Source of the DNA: Adlercreutzia muris
Lineage (GTDB): Bacteria > Actinomycetota > Coriobacteriia > Coriobacteriales > Eggerthellaceae
Reading direction: 5' to 3'
Assembly: GCF_008831045.1 (NCBI RefSeq)
Contig: NZ_WAJS01000006.1
Span: 5,513-37,512 of the forward strand
Length of the DNA stretch: 32,000 bases
Shown here: positions 7,562 through 15,627 of the stretch, piece after piece
Layout: each line of letters opens with the position of its first letter
Position numbering within the stretch: position 1 is the stretch's first letter
Made by a program: the position numbers and the translations under genes
The notes under the pieces: generated by a model
Database searches by the model: none
Told to the model about the DNA's origin: nothing
The model's input: the letters and a program-made list of their open reading frames with translations, nothing else

Positions 7562-8145
7562 AGGAGCACCTCCACGTAAGTTCTGATTTTGTTACCCACA
7601 CCAAGTTGGGTAGCGTATTCAAGGAGCTTTGGGATATTTCGCTCGGGTGAGGCGAGGTACGCCTTTACGGCAGGGTTGAAGGTTTGTGTATTGACGACGG
7701 CTTGTCCGCGCACCATATCGCAAAGGGATCGCTCGGCGTCATAGAACTCTCACTCCATTGCCATAGGGGGTTACTGCCGTCGTTTCGCCAAGGGAATGCA
7801 GTTCCTTGCCAACGATTTTCGGAATGATGCCCTCGGTGGTCGCGGATGACAGGTTGTATCCTCGCGGGAAAGTCATGGTGATGCGCTCGGGGGCGCTTTC
7901 GGCGAGCCCCTGCAGGTACAGGGCGGTTTCGTGAGAGAGGATGCCGCGACCAAACCGATGCGAAGCTATGAGGCACTCATCTTCCCAGGCATCGGGGTGC
8001 AGTACAGGCTCCGCGATATGCGAAGCAGTTCCCCGTTTGAGGCCGACCTGGCCAAAGTTGCCCTGGGTATGCCTAAGGTGTCCACATCCGCTGAGGATAC
8101 GAACCCATTTTTTGCCAGGAGTATGTCTTCCACGGCTTGATTCAT
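7558..8145 (-). pseudogene. AbiEi antitoxin, frameshifted at least twice
   Basis: Three frames must be spliced to recover the homolog. They read MNQAVEDILLAKNGFVSSADVDTLGIPRATLARSASNGELLRISRSLYCTP (from ATG 8145), then DAWEDECLIASHRFGRGILSHETALYLQG...TPYGNGV, then FYDAERSLCDMVRGQAVVNTQTFNPAVKAYL...KIRTYVEVLL. The shifts lie near 7991-8000 (a C-run on the coding strand) and near 7745-7756. Confidence 0.75.
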
Positions 8146-8374
8146 GATGCGGTGTCCTTGTGAACGTATGATGCAATAATGCTACACTAAAAATTATATA
8201 CATAGCATAAATATATCAACAAGAGGGACACTGTATCGGCGCAATGCGAGCTTGGGCATTGGTGGCGAAGCAGCTTAGTGGTCCGGGATCTGAATGGGAG
8301 CGGGCATGGTAATCTAAGCGAATATTCGCGCGAAAAAGACGTATAGATTGCCATGAGCAATGGCGGGCGAGTTA

Positions 8375-8899
8375 CTACCCCCTATCGAACAGAGGGCTCT
8401 TGGAGCTGATGCTCACGGGGATGGCGTACACCTGCCCCACGTCCTCGCCCAGCAGGCCCAGGTGCTCGGCGGCCACGCCAGCGGAGAACATGATGCGAGT
8501 ATCTACGCGGTAGTCGGCGGCCTTCGCCGCTGCTGCGCCCAGAGCAATGCCTACGTCCACGGCGTTCACCTCACAGGGCGCAGACGCGGGTTTCTCGCCG
8601 CACGTGGCGAAGCCGCAGCGACCGCAGTTGAGGCCCTGCACCTTGGCGCGGGTGCCCACGAGCACCACGGCCAGGCTCTGGCGCACGCAGTCGGCGTCGC
8701 GCAGGAAGAACTTGTGGCCGCGCTCTTCGCCGATGGCCTCCATGGCGCAGGCGATGCGCTCCTGCTCGTCGCCGTCTGCAACGGCGCATTCCACGATGTC
8801 CACGCCCTTGCCCTTGGGGGCCGTCCGTGCCGCCACGCACATCTTCTGGGCAATGTCGAGGGCCTGGGCCTGACGCAGGTCGCGTTCGTTGTAGATCAA
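8375..8899 (-). CDS. DUF2148 / ferredoxin-domain-containing protein
   Basis: Conserved AARTAPKGKG...CGRCGFATCGE...NAVDVGIALGAAAAKAADYRVDTRIM. The start is uncertain. No in-frame ATG precedes the conserved N-terminus, so I used TTG 8899 behind GGAAAGGCAGGA. The long 5' extension to 9412 is Arg/Pro-rich junk. Confidence 0.65.
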   Translation of the reverse strand: MIYNERDLRQAQALDIAQKMCVAARTAPKGKGVDIVECAVADGDEQERIACAMEAIGEERGHKFFLRDADCVRQSLAVVLVGTRAKVQGLNCGRCGFATCGEKPASAPCEVNAVDVGIALGAAAAKAADYRVDTRIMFSAGVAAEHLGLLGEDVGQVYAIPVSISSKSPLFDRG

Positions 8900-9063
8900 G
8901 GGTTCCTGCCTTTCCAACTCTGAACATACGTTTTGAAGGGCGATTAGGCCACTTTGCAGGGCCCTTCGCTTTTTCCGATTGGCCTTTCGGCCAATGCATG
9001 GTTCAAGGTCCGCCAAGAATCTTACCGCATCTGCCCGCTGGGGGAGACCGGCTGACAGAGGCG

Positions 9064-9537
9064 CTACAGCGCTCCTGCGCGATAGGCTCGGATGGCGGCG
9101 AGGGTCGCATCGGCGAAGTGCTGGATGGCGTCCACTTGAACCCAGCGGCCGTCTTCCCGATAGCGCAGGGAATGCCCTCGGCTGCGGCCAACGCGCAGGT
9201 GCCCGATGGAGAGGGTCACGCTGCCGGGGATCTCCCGGGTTTCGACGTGGGTGCTGATGCTCGAGCCTCCCAGGGCCCAGGCGGCGAGGCCGGCGTCTGA
9301 AATGCTGCCTGTCTCCTGGTAGACGGCCAGGGCCGCCATGGCGCCGAAGCCGTCGTCCTTCTCCTCCGTCTGGTAAACGCGCCTCTCGGTGCGTCCCGGC
9401 AGGCCGGCGCACACGATGTGGGATTGCCTTGTGAAGTGGTAGCGCTCGCCGTTAACCGCGATTCCCCAGGTGAAAACCTCCCACGTGCCGGTTCCGTCCT
9501 TCGCCTGAAAACGTGCGAGTGCTTGCTGTGCGTCCAT
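9064..9537 (-). CDS. hypothetical protein (157 aa), no recognisable domain
   Basis: ATG 9537 is preceded by AAAGGACGG. The amino-acid composition looks natural. It lies directly downstream of, and on the same strand as, the 550-aa gene. Confidence 0.55.
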   Translation of the reverse strand: MDAQQALARFQAKDGTGTWEVFTWGIAVNGERYHFTRQSHIVCAGLPGRTERRVYQTEEKDDGFGAMAALAVYQETGSISDAGLAAWALGGSSISTHVETREIPGSVTLSIGHLRVGRSRGHSLRYREDGRWVQVDAIQHFADATLAAIRAYRAGAL

Positions 9538-9557
9538 GAATCCGTCCTTTCGGAATT

Positions 9558-9619
9558 GCGCCATGGCGCGATTATGGCGCGATTGGCGCGATTATGGCGC
9601 GATTGGCGCGATTTTCGCG
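9558..9619. repeat. iteron-like array: 5 x TGGCGCGAT with alternating 11/9-bp spacing, flanked by small palindromes
   Basis: Copies start at 9564, 9575, 9584, 9595 and 9604. That is a 20-bp unit ATTATGGCGCGATTGGCGCG about 2.5 times. There is a perfect 12-bp palindrome GCGCCATGGCGC at 9558-9569 and CGCGA-TTT-TCGCG at 9607-9619. Confidence 0.85.
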
Positions 9620-9628
9620 TTGCTGCTC

Positions 9629-11281
9629 CTACTTCAGGTAGCGGGTGGAATAGTTGTCGAGGTGCTTGCCGATGTGCGAGACGATGATGCGGCCGGTCTC
9701 TTCGTCGAAGGCGAAGTAGAGGCGCAGGCTGTTGGGGCTGGCGTCATCGTTTCCCTTCGCCAGGTGGGCCTCCGCGTTGATGGCGCGGCCCTGGTAGGTG
9801 TCCTGGTACTGGGTCATGAGCCGGCTGTCCTTGCGGGTCATCTTGCCCGCGCCGCGCTTTAGCTCGAAGGCCGATTGGGCGTTGAACTTCTTGGCGTAGT
9901 CGCCGGCATCGCGCGAGGCGAAAAGGGGGTGGGCGATGGCGCACAGGTCGTGCAGGGCGTTCCAGACCAACGCCGGCTCCGTGATGCAATCGCTCAGCGA
10001 CTGATAGGCGCGATCGGTGAAATCGACGCGATCGCCGTGGTGCGCGCAGAAGAGCCGAAGGATATCTTCATAGGGCAGCGGCCAGCAGTGCAGGTCGTCG
10101 GCGCTTTCTGTCTGCCGTCCCGCCCGGCTGAGCTGGCCCTCGAGGGTCGTCGCCTTCGCCTGGGCCAGATACAGCTCGCTTTCGAGCTCGTCGTTGCGGG
10201 CCTTCAGCTGGTCGTTCTCGTGGTGCAGCTCCTCCAGAAGATCGACGGCGACGGCCTTCTCCTCCTCGGCCGCCTCCGCCATGTCCAGGGCTTCCGAGAC
10301 GGACTCGTCCTTCACCTGCTTGGTGTGAATGAGCCAATCGCGGCGCCGTTTCACCCCGTCGGCCCGCAGCATGGTCTCGTAAAAGTGCACGTCCTGGGCC
10401 AGCGCCCGGCGCAGGATGCCGATGAAATCCTCCTCGCCCATGGCCTCGATGTCTCGGGCCGGGAAGAAGCGGTGGCGGCCCGCGTCGCCGGGCTCTTCCA
10501 CGCGTGGACGGCCGGCGTATACGCGTACGGTGCCATGACAGCAGCGAAAGGCCAGCTCGGGAATGCACGCGCGCATCTCCTGGGTGAATGCCCCGTCCTG
10601 GGAATAGCACACGAAGGCCGAGGGGCCCAAGGCCGCGGCCACCCGTTTCGGGTCTACGGCGAAGGAAGGTTCGTCGCTGCCGGGCTCGAAACGGGGGCTG
10701 ATGTAGACGAGGGGCGTCTCCCGCTCGCCATCGGCGATGAAGTTCCACAGATCTTTGAACTGCCCCACGTGCAGCAAGGTGGGCTCAAGGGACAAAGGCC
10801 GGCCCGAGGCGGTGCTGACGAGACGATCGTTTTCCAGAATGGTCCGGATGAAGCCAGGGAAAGTGAGCTCGGGCTCGGGCTGGCAGGGGCCGAGGAAGCC
10901 CGGCGTGTCGCCATAGGACAGGGCGACGGCCACCGAGCCCGCATCTACGGCCGTCCAGACGAAGGAGATCTCGGTCGTCCAGTGACGCGGGGCCGCACCG
11001 GGCTCCTCGGCGATCTCCTCGATGGTGAGGGCCCAGTGGTTCCCGCCGTCTTCCAGGCACAGCTCCGAACGGAAACGGACGGGGCGGCCTTCCTGGAAGG
11101 GCACGCGGCCTGTTCGCTTGAGGGCGCTCCAGAAGGCCGCTTCTCGGGGAAGGGCCGGGTACTTGCGCGTGGCCCACGCCCGCAGGCTGCACAGAAGGCT
11201 CCACAGGGCATCGTCGCCCTCATCCGTCGTGCGAATGTCGAAGGAGGTTTTGTAGAACATGGTCTTGTTCAGATCGTGCAT
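9629..11281 (-). CDS. large hypothetical protein (550 aa) with a central coiled coil; unknown family
   Basis: The ORF was trimmed to ATG 11281 (GAAGAGG Shine-Dalgarno; MHDLNKTMFYK...). The composition looks natural, whereas the 530-aa antisense ORF is G/V/L/R-rich shadow. Heptad-like acidic/Leu region at aa about 325-390 (nt about 10112-10309). No Walker A or nuclease motif seen. Confidence 0.65.
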   Translation of the reverse strand: MHDLNKTMFYKTSFDIRTTDEGDDALWSLLCSLRAWATRKYPALPREAAFWSALKRTGRVPFQEGRPVRFRSELCLEDGGNHWALTIEEIAEEPGAAPRHWTTEISFVWTAVDAGSVAVALSYGDTPGFLGPCQPEPELTFPGFIRTILENDRLVSTASGRPLSLEPTLLHVGQFKDLWNFIADGERETPLVYISPRFEPGSDEPSFAVDPKRVAAALGPSAFVCYSQDGAFTQEMRACIPELAFRCCHGTVRVYAGRPRVEEPGDAGRHRFFPARDIEAMGEEDFIGILRRALAQDVHFYETMLRADGVKRRRDWLIHTKQVKDESVSEALDMAEAAEEEKAVAVDLLEELHHENDQLKARNDELESELYLAQAKATTLEGQLSRAGRQTESADDLHCWPLPYEDILRLFCAHHGDRVDFTDRAYQSLSDCITEPALVWNALHDLCAIAHPLFASRDAGDYAKKFNAQSAFELKRGAGKMTRKDSRLMTQYQDTYQGRAINAEAHLAKGNDDASPNSLRLYFAFDEETGRIIVSHIGKHLDNYSTRYLK

Positions 11282-11615
11282 GGAAGCCTCTTCTCGGTGC
11301 GATCCCGTCGAGCAGTTACGATGATGGTTTCCATAATAATAGGACGGGGCCTGGGGTCTCAAGAGATTGTGGGCGAAGAGGTGTTTGCAGGTATGGCTGC
11401 GAAAGAGCCGAAGGGGGCCGGCGGCGGTATCAGGCGAATGGGCTGCCTGCGAGCGGGCCCCGCGTGAGGAGTGGCGCGGGGCTCGGGGAGGAAGGGCGGA
11501 AGGGGCCGGGTGGTCGGCTGAGCTGCGGGGTTCGCGCGGTGCCGCCAGTTGCCGGGGAGGTCACGGTTGGCGGCGCGCCGCCCCCGCGGCGGGCGGGGTC
11601 GGGTAGCATGGGGCC

Positions 11616-12356
11616 ATGACCGTATTTGAAGCCCGACATATCGGCGTGCAATACCAGCGCAACGGAGAGCCCTTCGCCCCTTTCTCGGACGTGAGCCTTA
11701 CCTTGGAGGGCGGCCGGATGTACAACCTCACCGGCCCGTCGGGGTCGGGGAAGTCTACGCTGCTGGCGGCCTGCGCCCTCATGCTGCCGCGCTCGGGCGG
11801 ATCCCTTGCCTTGAACGGCGTGCCCTTCGATCGCTTTCATCCCACCGAATGGCGCCGGCGTGTGTGCCTGGTGCCCCAGGCTTCGGCTTTGGTGCCGGGC
11901 ACCGTGCGGGACAATCTGCGGTTTCCCTGGACGCTGAAGGTGAATGCCGGCACGGAGCCGCCGAGCGATGAGTTCCTCGAGGAGCTGCTGGCCCTCGCGC
12001 AGCTTAACGGGGTGACCCTCGACCACAATGCGGCCCAGCTCTCGGGCGGCCAGCAGGCCCGGGTGGCGCTGCTGCGGGCCTTCGCCACGCGCCCGACCGT
12101 GATGCTGCTCGACGAGGTGGAGGCGGCCCTCGATGAGGAATCTGCCGTGGCGGTGAGCCGCCTGACCCGGGCGCTGCTGACCGGCGCCACCACCTGCCTG
12201 CGCATTCGCCACCGGGCCGACGACGGCTACGCCTGCGGAACGTTCACCTTGGCCGATGGCGCGATCAGCTACGAGGCCCATCCCGTGACTGCCGACAACG
12301 CCCCAGTGGCGGGGACGGGGGCCGCGGTCGGGATCCTGGAGGGGGCGAGCCGATGA
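11616..12356 (+). CDS. ABC transporter ATP-binding protein, FetA/YbbL-like
   Basis: Walker A GPSGSGKST, signature LSGGQQARV, Walker B LLDEVEAALD. The stop overlaps the permease start (ATGA). Confidence 0.8.
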   Translation: MTVFEARHIGVQYQRNGEPFAPFSDVSLTLEGGRMYNLTGPSGSGKSTLLAACALMLPRSGGSLALNGVPFDRFHPTEWRRRVCLVPQASALVPGTVRDNLRFPWTLKVNAGTEPPSDEFLEELLALAQLNGVTLDHNAAQLSGGQQARVALLRAFATRPTVMLLDEVEAALDEESAVAVSRLTRALLTGATTCLRIRHRADDGYACGTFTLADGAISYEAHPVTADNAPVAGTGAAVGILEGASR

Positions 12357-13174
12357 CCGGCGGCGTGGTGAACATCGGCTACGGGGAGCTCGTAGGGGCG
12401 AGCCTGCTCATGCTGGTGGCCGGTATCGTGTCGTGGCGGCTGCGGCTCGGTCAGACTCGGCGCATCGCCGTCTCCACGGTGCGAGCCTTCGTGCAGCTTC
12501 TGGCCATGGGGCTTCTGCTCGTGTACCTCTTCCGCTATCAGACCTGGTGGCTCGTGGGGCTCGTGCTCGTGGGCATGTGCATCGCGGCCACGCAGATTGC
12601 CACAGGGCGCACCAAGAACGTCATGGGCGGCCTGTGGGCCGACACCTTCGCCTCCATCACGGTGTCGTCGCTCGTCATCTCGTTCATCGTAGTGGAAGGC
12701 GTTATCCATGCCGATCCGTGGTACAACGCCATGCAGCTCGTGCCCATAACGGGCATGATGCTGGGCAACACGCTGTCCGCCTCGGCTGTGGCCACCGACC
12801 GGCTGCTGTCCTCCATGGATTCGCGGGCGAGCGAGATATACACCATGGTGGCCCTGGGCGCCACGCCGCGCGAGGCGGCGTTTCCCTCCATCAAGGCGGC
12901 GGTGGGCGCGGGTATGACCCCGACGCTCGCTCAGTTGTCGGCTGCGGGCATCGTGCAGATTCCCGGCATGATGTCGGGCCAGATCCTCGCCGGCGCCGAC
13001 CCCATCATCGCGGCGAAGTACCAGATCGTTGTATTGCTCATGGTGTCGGCGGCCACTACGCTGTCCATCGTCGTGATGTGCTTCCTCGCCTACAAGAAGC
13101 GCTTTGCGGCCGAGGGCTACTTCCTCGACCCTGCCCTGCGCGACGATATGGGCTCCCGGGGCTCGGGACGCTAG
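12353..13174 (+). CDS. ABC transporter permease, UPF0014 / FetB(YbbM)-like
   Basis: Polytopic membrane protein with the ITGMMLGNTLSASAVATDRL and TPREA...AAGIVQIPGMMSGQILAG motifs that I associate with the YbbM/FetB family. Translationally coupled to the ATPase. Confidence 0.7.
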   Translation: MTGGVVNIGYGELVGASLLMLVAGIVSWRLRLGQTRRIAVSTVRAFVQLLAMGLLLVYLFRYQTWWLVGLVLVGMCIAATQIATGRTKNVMGGLWADTFASITVSSLVISFIVVEGVIHADPWYNAMQLVPITGMMLGNTLSASAVATDRLLSSMDSRASEIYTMVALGATPREAAFPSIKAAVGAGMTPTLAQLSAAGIVQIPGMMSGQILAGADPIIAAKYQIVVLLMVSAATTLSIVVMCFLAYKKRFAAEGYFLDPALRDDMGSRGSGR

Positions 13175-13332
13175 GCCGGTCTGCCTGCGGCCGAGGCGCG
13201 GCGGGCGAGCGGGCTGCGGCGATGAGCGGGTTATTCCCGTCTGTGATCGGCGTGGAGGGGCTCACGGGGCCCAGAGGTGGTTTACAATAGGCGCCGTCAG
13301 TTTTTAAGTTCTTTGGGAAAGAAGGCTTTACC

Positions 13333-14217
13333 GTGCCGGCACGAACCATGGCTCCGCGCTCCTGCGCCCCCGCGCAGCGGGGGGAGACGGCGCCCGAGAT
13401 CGCACCGGTCGCGGCGCTGCTCACGCGCCGGACGTTTCTAGGGGCGAGCGCCTGCGCCGTGGCAACCCTGCTGACGGGCTGCGGCAGTTCGGAAGCCGGC
13501 GTGCAGGCCCGTCAGATCGCCGAAGTTCCCTGTCCGTACAACTGGGACAACCTCATTTGGGATGGCGGCCGGCCCGTCTACTACGAGAACGACCAGATTT
13601 GCTCCCGGTGGGGCGTGGACGTTTCCGAGCACCAGCACACGGTGGACTGGGAGGCCGTGGCGGGGGCCGGGGCTCAGTTCGCCTTTGTGCGCATCGGCAA
13701 CCGCGGCGCTACCGAGGGCAAGCTGGACGTGGACGAGTTCTTCCTGGCCAACGCCATCGGCGCCCAGGCAGCGGGCATTCCCGTGAGCGCCTATTTCTTC
13801 TCCCAGTCCTTGGACGAGGCGGAGGCCCGCGAAGAGGCCGCCTTCGCCATCGAGCAGCTGCGCGAGGCCGAGCACGAAGGCGTGACCTTCCACATGGTGG
13901 CCTACGACCACGAGCCCGTGGAAATCGAGGGCGCCCGGGCCAACGACTTGCCGCCCGACCAGTTCGCCGCCAACGCGCGGGCTTTCTGCGAGCATATTCA
14001 GAAGGCCGGTTTCTCGCCCATGATCTACGGCAATCAGCAGGATCTCATGCGCCTGTCGGTGGAGGAGCGGGCCACCTATCCGCTCTGGCTCGCCGAGTAC
14101 GGCATCGACGATCCCACGGTGACCTTCAACTTCGCCATTTGGCAGTACACCAACAAGGGCACCGTACCCGGCATCGACACCGACGCCGATCTGAACATCT
14201 GGCTCGAGACCCCCTAG
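13333..14217 (+). CDS. GH25 muramidase (lysozyme), Tat-type signal plus lipobox
   Basis: WGVDVSEHQHTVDWEAV...FAFVRIGNRG...VSAYFFS...IWQYTNKGTVPGIDTDADLNIW is the GH25 pattern. The N-terminus has TRRTFLGASACAVATLLTGC (twin-Arg plus L-x-G-C). The start GTG 13333 is uncertain; ATG 13348 is the alternative. Confidence 0.75.
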   Translation: MPARTMAPRSCAPAQRGETAPEIAPVAALLTRRTFLGASACAVATLLTGCGSSEAGVQARQIAEVPCPYNWDNLIWDGGRPVYYENDQICSRWGVDVSEHQHTVDWEAVAGAGAQFAFVRIGNRGATEGKLDVDEFFLANAIGAQAAGIPVSAYFFSQSLDEAEAREEAAFAIEQLREAEHEGVTFHMVAYDHEPVEIEGARANDLPPDQFAANARAFCEHIQKAGFSPMIYGNQQDLMRLSVEERATYPLWLAEYGIDDPTVTFNFAIWQYTNKGTVPGIDTDADLNIWLETP

Positions 14218-14241
14218 AAGAAACTCAATAGAAGGAGCTTC

Positions 14242-15303
14242 ATGAACATCAACAAGGCCATTCTCCATGTGTTCGACTTCGTGTCCTGCGTGAACGTGTT
14301 CGCCCAGACGGAGATGGACTTGGGCAACAAGACGGCCAAGCGCTACGTGACGAGCCAGGCCAAGCGGGCCGTGGGCAATCTGGACAGCAAGCGCGGCGCC
14401 TTCGCCGAGAACAGCCTGTTCGCCGAGGAGCTGCGGGCCTACTTCCGCGGCGAGCGCGACTTCGTGGGGCTTACCCGGCAGATCGGCGAGTTTTTCGTGG
14501 GCGAGTTGTCGCGTATGGAGAAGACCCCCTCCACCGACCTGCTCATCATCGACTTCGAGGGCGACCTGGACCAAACGGTGCGCGAGATGACCGACGAGGA
14601 GGCCGAGGCCGCCTTCAAGGGCCGCGGCACGCGGTACTTCGCCATCGTATTGCTGGAGGCCCGTCAGGCCTACATGCACGAGGTGGGCTCCAACGATTTC
14701 GGCGATGCGGCCACTACCATCGCGCGGCACCATGCCATTCTGCCGAATCCGTCCCAGAAAGTGGCGTCGTTCGCGCTCATCGACGGCGATGCCATGACCG
14801 TGTGGTTCGTGGACAAGGAGCGCGAGATTGCCGGCGAGAAGCGTTGGCTCATTCCCGACGGCCTGCTGCAGTGCTCCATGGAGGCCTCGAGCAAGGAAGT
14901 GCTCGAGGCCGTGACCACCGTGGTGGAGGAAGTGGCCGAGGAATACGGGGCGAACACGGCCCGGGCGCTCGCCCGCGCGAAGTCCTACGTGGCCGAGAAC
15001 GCCGAGGACTCCGACGAGGTGGACGCCCATGAGCTGGGACGCGAGGTGTTCGCCGACGAGCCGGTGCTCCAGGAGCGCTTCGATCGCGCGGTGGACGCCG
15101 GGGCCATTCCCGAGCGCGTGGTGGTGGAGAAGGCCGTGGCGAAGCGGGTCACCAAGAACCACAAGATTCGCACCGACACGGGCATCGAACTGACCTTTCC
15201 GGCCGAGTACGGCGAGAACCCCGACTTCATCGAGTTCTTCAGCACGCCGGACGGCCGCATCGAGATCGCCCTGAAGAACATCGGCGCCATCGAGAACCGC
15301 TAG
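14242..15303 (+). CDS. nucleoid-associated protein, NdpA/YejK (NA37)-like
   Basis: GAAGGAG Shine-Dalgarno. The N-terminus MNINKAILHVFDF... and the overall length and acidic composition fit the Gram-positive NA37-like family, from memory only. Confidence 0.5.
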   Translation: MNINKAILHVFDFVSCVNVFAQTEMDLGNKTAKRYVTSQAKRAVGNLDSKRGAFAENSLFAEELRAYFRGERDFVGLTRQIGEFFVGELSRMEKTPSTDLLIIDFEGDLDQTVREMTDEEAEAAFKGRGTRYFAIVLLEARQAYMHEVGSNDFGDAATTIARHHAILPNPSQKVASFALIDGDAMTVWFVDKEREIAGEKRWLIPDGLLQCSMEASSKEVLEAVTTVVEEVAEEYGANTARALARAKSYVAENAEDSDEVDAHELGREVFADEPVLQERFDRAVDAGAIPERVVVEKAVAKRVTKNHKIRTDTGIELTFPAEYGENPDFIEFFSTPDGRIEIALKNIGAIENR

Positions 15304-15332
15304 GGGTTTAACGCCAAGACCTTATCAACATT

Positions 15333-15531
15333 ATGGCGATTCTCGCAAGTGCCGAAAAGGAAAACGTCAAAACCGCCATCTCCCAAGTTGAGGCGTTTTC
15401 CCGGGGCATTCGGATTATCGCCGCGGGAGTCTGAGGTGCTCGAGTACCTTTTGAGGGGCTACACCGTTGCCCGTCTCAGGGAACAGCTGTTTATATCGCC
15501 GAACGCGGGAAAGGGGTGGCGCGTGCGATAA
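15333..15531 (+). pseudogene. remnant of a LuxR-type regulator (C-terminal HTH region only, frameshifted and truncated)
   Basis: Frame 1 reads ...AISQVEAFSRG. Frame 2 reads AFGLSPRESEVLEYLLRGYTVARLREQLFISPN and breaks off in mid-HTH, where AT-rich DNA begins (about 15530). There is no N-terminal sensor part. Confidence 0.6.
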
Positions 15532-15627
15532 TACTGAGATATATTTTTGCGTATACGGTATATTTATAGCTTAGTGGTATATTACTTATATAAGCACTCT
15601 TAGAGAATGGACAAGTGAGGTGAAATC

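Noticed and set aside
6973-8374. Search for a duplicated tRNA-Met 3' end (att site) or terminal inverted repeats marking the right island border
   Set aside because: Reading by eye, I found no copy of GGTTCAAATCCGGCCCCCGCGACCA or a substantial part of it, and no IS-like terminal repeats. This cannot be excluded without a computational repeat search.
9558-9619. Possible CRISPR array
   Set aside because: The units are only 9 bp with 0-2 bp between them, there are no spacers, and no cas genes are in the window. It is a short tandem/iteron-type repeat.
9875-11467. 530-aa plus-strand ORF, longer than many real genes
   Set aside because: It runs exactly antisense to the 550-aa minus-strand gene. 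Its composition is dominated by G/V/L/A/R with runs such as LVVLVVQLLQ, and it has no start context. This is a typical high-GC antisense shadow.
11367-11606. 79-aa ORF in the long intergenic region
   Set aside because: It has an Arg/Gly/Ala-rich low-complexity translation and no start context, so it is most likely non-coding GC-rich DNA.
12433-13290. 285-aa alternate-frame ORF over the permease gene
   Set aside because: It is Arg/His/Gly-rich, non-membrane nonsense. The frame at 12353-13174 is hydrophobic and translationally coupled to the ATPase gene.
13438-15162. 574-aa minus-strand ORF
   Set aside because: It is antisense to the GH25 and NdpA-like genes, which have recognisable motifs and Shine-Dalgarno sites. 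It has a shadow composition (H/G/L/V/R-rich) and spans an intergenic gap of the real genes.
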